Shown: positions 7,038 through 18,000 of the stretch, piece after piece
Numbering within the stretch: position 1 is the first letter of the stretch
How the letters are laid out: each line of letters starts with the position of its first letter
DNA from: a virus
Lineage: Duplodnaviria; Caudoviricetes
Virus record (IMG/VR): IMGVR_UViG_3300020042_009327
Coordinates: 1 to 52,106 of that record
Direction: 5' to 3' (one strand)
Length of the DNA: 52,106 nt
The notes under the pieces: generated by a model
The model's input: only the letters and a program-made list of their open reading frames with translations
Told to the model about the DNA's origin: nothing
The model's database searches: none
Made by a program: the position numbers and the translations under genes

Positions 7038-8906
7038 ATGAGTTTAAGCCTAGATAAGCAGATCTTAAGTGATATTACCGTATACACAAAGTATGCAAAG
7101 TATGTGCCAGCAAAAGAACGTAGAGAAACGTGGGAAGAATTAGTAACCAGGAATATGGAGATGCACGTGTCGAAGTTTCCACAAATGAAAGAATCAATTG
7201 AACAAGTATACAAAAATTTTGTCTTCAATAAAAAAGTTTTACCTTCGATGCGAAGCCTACAATTTGGTGGTAAAGCTATTGAACTCAATAATGCTCGCAT
7301 TTATAATTGTGCTTTTTTGCCTGTTGATAATATCCGTAGTTTTGCTGAAACTATGTTTTTACTTCTTGGCGGAACTGGTGTGGGGTATTCAGTCCAGAAT
7401 CACAACATTGATAAATTACCTGAAATAAGAAAACCAAACTACGATCGTAAGAAACGTTATGTTGTCCAGGATAGTATTATTGGTTGGGCTGATGCAATTA
7501 AGACATTGTTCAAATCATACACAGGGGAATTAACTTCACATATTGAATTTGATCTTTCTGATATTAGACAAAAAGGTGCATTGCTTGTAACAGCTGGAGG
7601 TAAAGCACCAGGACCAGAGCCGTTAAGATTAGCATTGGTTAAGATTGAAGCTATCCTTCGTGAGAAAGAAGATAGATCTAAATTAACAGATATTGAATGT
7701 CATGATATTCAGTGTCATATTGCCGATGCGGTTTTAGCCGGCGGAATTAGAAGAGCAGCAATGATCTCATTATTTGACTTAGATAGTACGGCAATGTTAA
7801 ATTGTAAAGCTGGTAGCTGGTGGGAAGATAACCCTCAAAGAGGTAGAGCAAATAATTCAGTAGTACTTTTAAGACATAAAATTGATAAGAAAACCTTTGA
7901 CAAAGTTTGGGAGAGAATTGAAGCATCTGGCTCAGGCGAACCCGGAATATATCTTACTAATGATAAAGATTGGGGTACTAATCCTTGTTGTGAAATTGCT
8001 TTACGACCATATCAGTTCTGTAACTTAACAGAAATTAATATGTCTAATATTGAAAGTCAAGAAGATTTTAATGCAAGATCTTCAGCAGCATCATTCTTAG
8101 GTACATTGCAAGCATCGTATTCAGACTTCCATTACCTTCGTGATATATGGAGAAAGAACACAGAAAAAGATGCATTGCTTGGTGTGTCAATGACTGGCAT
8201 TGCGTCTAAATCAAATCTAGAATTAAATTATGAAGAAGCAGCAGAAGTCGTTAAAGAAACAAATAGAGAAACAGCCAAAGCTCTTAATATCAACGCTGCA
8301 GCCAGGACCACCGCAGTTAAGCCTGCCGGAACAACTTCCTTGGTACTTGGTACCTCAAGTGGAATCCATGCGTGGCATAACGACTATTACATTAGAAGAA
8401 TGCGATTAGGTAAGAATGAAGCAATATATACTTATCTTGCAATAAATCATCCAGAACTGTTAGAAGATGAATATTTTAATCCTACATTACAATCAGTAAT
8501 TTCAGTCCCTCAGAAAGCACCAGAAGGGGCTATAACAAGATATGAATCTACATTAGATTTATTAGAAAGAGTAAAGCTTATATCTAAAGACTGGGTTAAA
8601 ACTGGTCATGAGAAAGGAAACAATACTCATAATGTATCTTGTACGGTTTCTGTCAGAGATGATGAATGGAAAATTGTAGGTGAATGGATGTGGGCAAACA
8701 AAGAGTACTATAATGGATTATCTGTTTTACCGTATAATGGTGGTACATATAAACAAACTCCATTTGAGGATTGTACTAAAGAAGTCTATGAACAAATGAT
8801 GTCTACATTAAAAGATGTTGATCTATCAAAAGTAGTGGAAATACAAGATAACACTAACTTTACTGATTCAGCAGCATGCGGAGGAGGTAATTGTGAGATT
8901 GTATAG
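7038..8906 (+). CDS. nrdJ: Class II (B12-dependent) ribonucleotide reductase
   Basis: YNCAF, GGTGVG, TNPCCEI, FCNLTE, VKPAGT, C-terminal CGGGNC; no beta subunit or activase nearby. Confidence 0.88.
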   Translation: MSLSLDKQILSDITVYTKYAKYVPAKERRETWEELVTRNMEMHVSKFPQMKESIEQVYKNFVFNKKVLPSMRSLQFGGKAIELNNARIYNCAFLPVDNIRSFAETMFLLLGGTGVGYSVQNHNIDKLPEIRKPNYDRKKRYVVQDSIIGWADAIKTLFKSYTGELTSHIEFDLSDIRQKGALLVTAGGKAPGPEPLRLALVKIEAILREKEDRSKLTDIECHDIQCHIADAVLAGGIRRAAMISLFDLDSTAMLNCKAGSWWEDNPQRGRANNSVVLLRHKIDKKTFDKVWERIEASGSGEPGIYLTNDKDWGTNPCCEIALRPYQFCNLTEINMSNIESQEDFNARSSAASFLGTLQASYSDFHYLRDIWRKNTEKDALLGVSMTGIASKSNLELNYEEAAEVVKETNRETAKALNINAAARTTAVKPAGTTSLVLGTSSGIHAWHNDYYIRRMRLGKNEAIYTYLAINHPELLEDEYFNPTLQSVISVPQKAPEGAITRYESTLDLLERVKLISKDWVKTGHEKGNNTHNVSCTVSVRDDEWKIVGEWMWANKEYYNGLSVLPYNGGTYKQTPFEDCTKEVYEQMMSTLKDVDLSKVVEIQDNTNFTDSAACGGGNCEIV

Positions 8907-8972
8907 TTACTTAGGTACAAGATGTTGGATTTATAGTTTATATATAAATCGAATATAATAACCATATAAATT

Positions 8973-9008
8973 AATAAAGGGGACCACGTTATGTGAATCC
9001 CCTTTATT
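8973..9008. terminator. Bidirectional terminator between the convergent transcription units
   Basis: AATAAAGGGGA...TCCCCTTTATT inverted repeat between the nrdJ stop and the giant-gene stop. Confidence 0.8.
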
Positions 9009-9057
9009 GGTTATTGGAACTTTTAGGTATGGTGCCTATTTATCTTAGTTCCTTTTA

Positions 9058-12000
9058 TTAACCCATTTTTCTTTTTCTTTTTCTTTTAAGAAATTTTTGT
9101 TTTCTTTTTTCTTCTTTAATTTCTTTTCTATAAGCGGCTTTTTCACCAACAGACATAGCTCTATACTTTTCTTTTTCTAGCTTTTTGTTTTCTGCTCTAG
9201 TTTCAATAGCTTTCTCAATACCTTCTTCTTTACGCTTTTCCTTAGCAGTTGCTTTAATGGTTTCATTCTCTTCGTTCTTCACGTTAAGTTCCCAATCTTT
9301 CCAACCTAAGGCCAATGCGCCTCTTTGTAATTTGGTATTTCTAGAATCCATTACTTCAGCCATGTTATTAACTTTCTCAACAACCCTATCTAATGGTAAG
9401 TTTGTAGTTGCTACTGTTACATTACCTAGTATTCTATAGTTGGGTGCTAAATTTAATTTACCATCTCTTGTAACTTCCCAACCTCTTTCGGCAATAACGT
9501 CTTTTTCAAACTTACTAATTCTAATTGAACCATAAAGTTTTCTTGCTTTTGAACTTATAGGCGGTGATACACTTGTTAAAGCTAATACAGTATAGGCATG
9601 ATCTGCAAACATTTCTTTTTCTTCTTGTTTGAAGTATTCCATTATTGTATTTTTTACAGTCGCAATAGCAGCTCCATATACACCTGATCCTCTTAATAAA
9701 GTATCAGCCATACCGTTAACCATATTTGTTATTTTATCCTCTTGCTTTTTCTGTAACTTTTCATAAGCTTTCTTTTCTTCTTTAGTCATTTTAGAAGTAT
9801 CAGGTTCTTCATCATCACCATAACCCAATGGTATGAACAATGCAGATTGTAATGCAGAGAATAATATATTTTGCAAAGCTCCATAATATACAATTTTAGA
9901 AACATTTGTTTTCCAATCTCCACGCTTATTAACTAAGTCTAACGTGGCTTTTTTGATCAATCTATTATATTGCATTGGAGTATTACCAAAAGCCAATATA
10001 ATACGCCCTAATGCAGTCGTTTGTTGTTTTGAAACGTACATTGGATCAGCGGATTGCATTGATTGATCCGTTATGATTGAAAAATCATTGAATGCTTTTT
10101 CTTCTGCTTCCTGTACAGTATTACCTGCTTTCAAATATGTGTTAACTCTATTTCTATAGAATGTAGCACCACTCACTGCAATAGAGAAACTATCCGCTGC
10201 TTGGGTAGGTGTAAATCCTATTTTTTGTAAATAAGATATAACACCGTTAAATTTGTTTTTAGCACTGTTTGCAGCATTAGCAATCTCAGCTTGAGTAACA
10301 TCGGCTTTTAATCCAGATCTTCTTTCCTTTAATTTGTCGGAATTGATAATCATCTCAAAGTCAGCCCAGTATTGTTTCTGATTAAGAAAAGCTTTACCTG
10401 CCATATATGGATTATTATCATTCCAGTTTAGGAAGTTAATTGCCGATATAGTCTGTAACAACGCTGATCTGGTGTTGAAGAACATGATCGCAGCGGTAGA
10501 ACCATTAATCCAGTTCATCCAAGTATTTGTTACTCTGTCAGTACCTTCTGGTCTATTCTTACCATTCTTCATTCTATATAAAGAATCTTCTAATGCTTCT
10601 CTTGTATTTGTACCATATATAGATTGTATCTTGTTTAGGTTTTCTTTTGTAAATATTGCATCAGCATTTTCTATAAACTCCTCTAGATATTTCTTTCTAC
10701 CAGCACCTTCAGTAATATTGTGAAGATCAGATATAATAGTTTCGCTATCCCAAGTTGTTGACGGATCAATCCACCCACCGTCTTGTCTACCGGTTATTGA
10801 CAATGCGTTTGCAAAAGCCAGTAAATCAGGATTTTGTTTTACAAAGTACAATAATTTATTTTTATCAGTTCTTGATAAACCAGGAACTTCCTTACCGGTT
10901 GATGACCAAAGATAAACCCTAACAGCTTGATCATAAGTAAAACCTTTATCTGGCGTTAACTTTTCAAGTTTCTTTTTAATATCAGGGAAATTATTAAGCA
11001 ACATCTTATATTCTTTTCTAATAGACTGACGTACAGAATCTAAAGTATTAATACCTTTTACATACGGTACAGTTAAGTTTTTATCAAAGAATTCTTGATC
11101 TTGTTCCCCTTGTTTACCTTTACCAGCAAACATATAAGTTGTTAAACCTCTAAAGTCATCAGCAGAAGGTGGTACAAAGAATGATAATGTGTTTTTCTTA
11201 ATACCTGTTCTTTTAGCAACTACATCAGATACTTTTGTAAATGCTGCAACACCTGTGTTTCTTTCTAATATATCATTGAATTCAAAATCCAATGTTTTGC
11301 TATACATTGTGCCCTTTGTATTATTTTTTGCTGGTGTTAGTAAAAATACTACTGCTTTATCTTCATTATTTAAGTTTTCTGTGTTATAAGTCCATCCAAG
11401 TTTAGAACCAATTGTATTTGCTAATGTATTGTAAAGCCTAATGCGACTAGGTTCTTTTGCTTCAAAAGCAATTCCTTCTAAATTATTTTTATTAGCATAA
11501 TCAGCTAGAGCGTTTGTAACTATGCCTAATACTTCAAAAGCATTCCCTGTATTTAATATATTATGGCCAAGGTTTTTTTCTTCAAAGCTAAACCATTGTA
11601 TATTCTTATTATCTACTAAATAAGTTAATGGTAATTCTAAATCATCAGCTATATTTTTAAAAACTTTATTATATAGAGGATCTTCTTGCAAGCCATATTC
11701 TTTTATGGAGCTCATATACATGGTATAAGTATATTTACCTACTTTAAAGTCAGTAGAGGCTACTCCAAAATTTGTTTCCCACTTCAAATCTCTTTTCGAA
11801 GTCAATGAAAATTTAGAAATTGTTTTTTGATCTTTTGGTATGTTATTTTCAATAAACTCGTTTAATTGTTTTTCAGCAAACTTAATCGTTTCTAAGTTTA
11901 AAGCATCATTTACAGCAGCCATTAATGGCCCACCTTCATTTTCACGATCTTCAATTACATCAAAAGCATAGTCAACTGCTCTACCCATTTTAACGATAAC

Positions 12001-15000
12001 ATCATTTGGTACTATACCCCAATAGTTTTCAATTTCTTTATTAAGATCATTTAATACATCAAATGAGGTTTCTGCATCAATTCTTTTTAAATTGTTTGCA
12101 TTTATAAAATCCGATACTGTGGATATTGATCTACTTTCTTTTATAGGTGAAAGTGAATTTAATGCAGCTTTTTCATTTTGTATAGAATACTTAATATTAA
12201 GGATTTTTTCAATATTATTTTTAGATAAAACATTTAAGTTATTACCCTTTGATTCTATATATTTACTTATTTTTTCAAGATTGTCTTGATTAAAGTTTAA
12301 ATAGCCTCTAGTTGATAATATATTTCCATTTACCTGCAGCTCTACAGTCCATTGGAAAAAGTCACTTTCATTATAATATTCGCCTAATGTATTTGCAAAA
12401 TTATCTAATTCTGTATAACCATTAAAGTAATCAAAAACTCTATCACTTATAATTATAGCGTCTTGTGGCTTTGCTTTTGCCTTATTTAATGCTTTTGCAA
12501 AATCAACAGAAACTTTAAAAGTACTGCCCTCTTTAACATATCTTTTACCGCCTATTAATTTATTAGATTCTTTAACAGAAGCTCCAAATCTTTTGCGCAA
12601 TTCAATAGCCTGCTCAGGTGTTAATTTTATATTCCCAGCTTTTTTGCTAACTTCAGCATTAGTTATACCTAATTCTTCTCTTACCACTTTTTGTAAGAAA
12701 CTTTCTTGTTTTCCATCAGCGACATTATTTTTATCGCCAAAAATATAATTTACAACTTTTTCAGCTGAATCATATAAAGGGTTAGGATCTTGCTTTGTGC
12801 CTTTTTTACCAAATAATCCTTTATTAAATTTTGTTAATAATGAATTACCTGTACTTGAAGTTATTGGTACATTTTTATCCGCTGATTTTTTTATTTCTAT
12901 TACAACCTCAGGTATAATTCTACCTTTTATATTCTTAGGTCTTATTACTATGTCCGGTAAATAAGCATTACTTAAACCATAATTAATAACATTAAAAGAA
13001 CTTGAAAGCTTTTTTCTTAACACTTCACCAATAAATCTTTCTAAAGACTTCCAGTGCATTTTTTTGTACATTTTTACAGCACTATCAAATAAAGCAATCA
13101 CTTCATCTATTTCACCACCTTCTAATTCCTCTAATTTTTTAATTAGTTTATAAGCACTACTAGAAGGTTTGTTTGTTATACCATTAAAGTTAGAATTTCG
13201 CATCTCTACAAAAGCCTGACTTATCAATGTTTTAAAATCACCTATCTGATTTGCACTTAAAGAAAATTTAATATTTCCTCTTTCTATTAATCTATCAAAA
13301 TTTTGAACCGTAAGGTTTTCTAATTCAGCACCTAATATTTCTTGATTTTTTTCTAATGCTTTATACAATGGTCCTTCATTAGCCATGTCATCTGAAATTA
13401 AATCAAATGCTAACTCTTCACTTAATGCTTTAGCAAGCGATTCCTTTCTACCTCTAAGAACATCTCCGTTTTTAAGGTCTATAATTGCAGATAAAAATTC
13501 TTCTGTAGAAATATTTTTATTAACTTCCGGTAATCTTCTAGCTAATTCAGTACCAGATGTTCTACCTGCTAAATCAGTTGTTACAGCCTCACGGTCTATT
13601 TTTTTACCTACCCAATCAGGATAGTTTAACCATTTACCATTTACTCTTTTTTGAATAGCAAAAGGCATACCACCAGAAACTGTTTTTCCATTGTCTTTAC
13701 CCATCAACCATGTGGTTGTTAGGTTCTCAAGTATTGTTTTCTTATTAGTTATAAGGAAATTTTGAAGTACTTGATCTTCTTTCCCACCCATTGCTTTCTT
13801 AATGTCAATATCAGCTTGCTTACCGATTTCTGTACGTATTTCATTAATTATAGGTGCAGTCGTTTTATTTAATGTTGTTTTTTCGTTTACCTTAGATTTT
13901 AAAGTTCTTAATATTGGTAATATTTTTGCTTGAACGTTTTCTATAACATCTGGGCTAAACACTCCTGATTCTAAAATATTTTGAAATCTTTTTCTTTCCG
14001 GTAATGAAGGAGTTTTTACTTCAACTTCTTCATTAGAAAGTTTAGTCATCTCGCTTACGTCTTCTGTAAATACTACATCAGCAACTTGGCCAGACTTTAA
14101 AGCTGCCTTCATTCTATTTGCTAACTGAGCATTTATATAACCATATAAACTATCATTCTTAGAAGGATCAAATTTCTTTATATAAGGGAGCATTGACACT
14201 GTTACAAAACTAGTCATTTCTTCCATATTAAATCCGTCTAAACCACCTTTACTTTTATTTGTAAGGTCAATGATTGTACCATTAGAAGTTCTATAGTTCC
14301 TAGATTTTACTTTTACCATTTTGTCTAGCTCATCGTAGATTGCTGGATTATTTGGATTAAAACCTTTAGGATCATTACCAATTGCATCTAATTTAGCCTT
14401 AGTTTTTGCTGCAGCTTCACTTATTTCAGTTGGTTCTTTTTTGGTTATATCTTTTTTAGCTACTTCTTTTTTAACTGTTTTTTTCTCTTCTTCGTATGTT
14501 CTTTTAGATTCTTCAAACTCTTCTTGTTCAAGTTTTTCCATTTCAGACTCATACTTGTCCCAATCAATTTCATTGTTAGACAATTGTAAATCTAACTTTT
14601 CCATTCTCTCTTCAATAGATTTTGAAAAGGCAGGCGATACTGGCCCTTTTTTTGCTTCAGAAACTAATTTACCTTTTGCAGCAGAAGAAAATAATTTTTT
14701 TATTGCTTTATTGTCAGTTCCTCCTTTTTGTATAGAAGCATTATAATCACGAATAAAGTTAAATACGTCTCTACCTGAATCAAATGTTATGTCAATTAAC
14801 CCCAAATCCTGTAAGTATCTTCTAATAGTATCGCCTAGTTTTGTAAAGAATGATTCATTATATTTTACATTACCAGTTAAAAGAGCGTCAGAAAAAATTG
14901 TTAATAATTCTTCATTTTTAATTCCCTCGCTTTTATCTCCATAATTACCCTCAAGTCTAATTAAAACCTTTTCATTCAAATATAATTCTGGGTTTGAAGA

Positions 15001-18000
15001 TAATAAATAGTTTCTTAACTGTTTTCCTAATTCAATTTGAGTGTCAACATTACTTAATGTTTTTTCCATTAATTTATGAAGAAATTCATGTGAACCTACA
15101 GAAACAGCTTTAGTTGCTATTGCTTGTTTTTTATTTATTACAATATAACTTTTCCCGGTTGTATCATTTGTTATTATTCCGCCATCCGCACCTTTAAATC
15201 CAGATATATTTGCTTCTTCTGCTGTAACTAATTTTTGCTTTACTAAATTTTTTAATTTAGTTCTAGCATCCGTTAAATTATTAGCGAGTATTACCTCTAC
15301 ATTTGCACTTTCACCTAATTTTTTTGCAGCATTAAGATTTTCTTGAAATTCTTTTTCTCTAGCCTCTCCTAGATCTACACCCTCTTTTTTATAAATATTT
15401 TTTGTTTGTAATTCTATCTTCTTTAATATAGTATCTCTTTCTGACTTATTAAGATCAGGATTAAAAGAAGCTTCTACTCTTTTGGAATTTAATTCTATTA
15501 ATTGTGCTCTACTTATTGGAGATAATGGCTGACCAAATGTTCTAACGTTTTCAATGCCACTTGCCAATGTATTCAATTTGGTTTGCTCTATAATATAATC
15601 CTTTTTAAGTACCTCTAAATCCGCTTCTTTCGATTTTGAATCAGATTCATTAATAGCATTAGCTTTATTTATAAAATCTGCTATTTTAGAAACTGACTTA
15701 TTAATAGAATTAAATGTATCAACAGGCATTGCATCAATATCAGAAATTGTTTTTTCTAATAAATTAGTACTTTCTGCTTTTAATATTGATTCTTTTTTAA
15801 CTAATGCTTCTTGTTGTACACTAGATAAATCTTTGTTGAATTCAAGTTCATGTAATATAGCAGCTAGCCCTCTAGCATTATCACTAAGCTTTTGAGCAGT
15901 AGTTTTACTCATAAATGGTCTTATAATAGTTCCACCTATTAAAGGAGCTCCGGCTAGCATGGTTGTAAGAAAACCGGCATCTTTTATTGTTGTTCCAGTA
16001 TTATCTAATAAATTTACCTCTTTACCAAGTACAAATTTATCAAGTATATTATGACCAACAGTAGTAAATAACTCAGATGGTATTTCTTCTGCATACGCTT
16101 CTCCTAAATTTATACCTGCTTGTTTGGCAAATTTTTTACCTGTTGCCACTTCAAAATCAAACCATTTTCCAGGTTCCTTTTTTGCAGCATTTACAAAAAA
16201 CCCTTTACCTTTTTCTAATATTTTACCAGTAGACTTTTCAAAAATACCTTCAACATATCCAAACGCGGCAGGAGCAACAATTAATTGCATTGCATTATAA
16301 TTGGGTTTTACAAAAACACCATCTTCTGTATAATACCCATTTCGCTCTTCATTAACCATGTCAAGATATTTACTTCCTGTTGCGGTTGCACCCATAGCTG
16401 CTGTTTGACGATTAAGAGTTAAATAGTCTTTAGCAAATTTACCGGTTCTGGCTAATAATGATTTAGATGTTGTTGCCACAGCTTGTTCCCCTACACTGCC
16501 ACCTCTTGTTAATATCATCAATGCTAAATTTGGAGCCTGAGATATTAATAAATCACTTCCTTTTTCAAAGGTTGCTTCTATTCCGCCTTCTCTTGGTTTT
16601 GCATAATTATAAGTAAGTTCTTCTTCATATCTTGCTTTATTTTCTGACAATGCGGTGCTTATAGCTGTGAATGGATTTTCAATTCCTGTGATCTCTTTGA
16701 TGTTTAACGCATCGTATACCATCTCTGTAGGTTGATACGTATATGAAGCAAACCCTAATAAATCATTTGCCATCATTTTAAAGTTAGTAGCTATCTTATC
16801 ACCTACGCCCGACCAAGAATAATCTCTACTAAACATATCGCTTTGTAAATTTAAGTCATCTATGTTTTTAGAAGAAGCACTTATTTTTTTAGAAGTCTCA
16901 TTTCTTAATTCAGAAAGATCTCCTAAGTCTTTAATCAAATTATTTCGTTCAGTTATAAGTCTGTTTTGAGTATCTATTTCTTCTTGCGTTTTAAACTTAT
17001 AATCTTTTGGCTTTAATTTACTATCAATTTTTTGTACATCACTTATATTTTTTTCAATACTTTTTTCTATACCATCTTTAAAAATAGAATTTTTTACGTA
17101 GTCAAGTTCTTCTTTACCTTTGGTTTTTACAGTGTAATTGTTTACTATTTCTTTAGCTGTTTCACTTATATTTGTAGTTTCTTCTAAAGCATCTCTAAAT
17201 TTACTTTCCTGTATCTTTTTAGCTTGTTCTACCTTCCATAATCCTGCGGCTTTTTGTAATATTTCGTCCTCTGAGAATTTATTAAGTACATTCTCTGATC
17301 TTAATTTATCTTTTATTTTTTTTACTTGTTCAGGAAATGCTTGGTATGGTTGATCAACTACACCGTCAACATTTGAACTAAACCCACCTTTTGCTATAAG
17401 TGATTTATTTTGTCCCTGTGAAGCATCTACTCTTTCTATTTGTCCGTTTTTAGATAATTCTAAATTTACAAATTCGTCTAAACCTAACGTTTCTTCATCT
17501 GTTAATTTAGCAGCGTTTTTTGCATCTTCATACCATTTCTTTGCTTCATCATTATTTTTTAAAGCGAGACCTGACATTCTTGCATCAAATGCAATTTTTT
17601 CTTCTTCTTTTGCTAAAGCATTTTTTGCCTCTTTTTCTTTTGCCGCTTTAAATGTTGGATAACCAAAACTACCAGGCACAGCATTAGGGTCTGCTTCTCC
17701 TTTTTGAGCAGCAAGTCTTAATCCAGCTGCGTTAAAATCTGGCTCTTCTACTTTTTTAGTTGGTGATTTTTTTTCTTGTGCTTTCTTTTTTATTTGAAAA
17801 GTTTCTGTAATGGCTTCAACACCAAATTTTGGTTGAGCTTTAGTATTCCAACCCGATGAAGTATTTCCCGATGGTAAAACCGATTTTCGTTTTTTTGGTG
17901 CAACTACCGGTTTCTTTGCAGTTGCACCCTGAGGCTTTCCCGGCTTTTCTCCATCCATAGTTAATTCGTTGCTAGAAATAATTGTATCAATATCTACTTC

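Noticed and set aside
8893-8958. 21-aa GTG ORF overlapping the nrdJ end
   Set aside because: Too short, with no leader or other support
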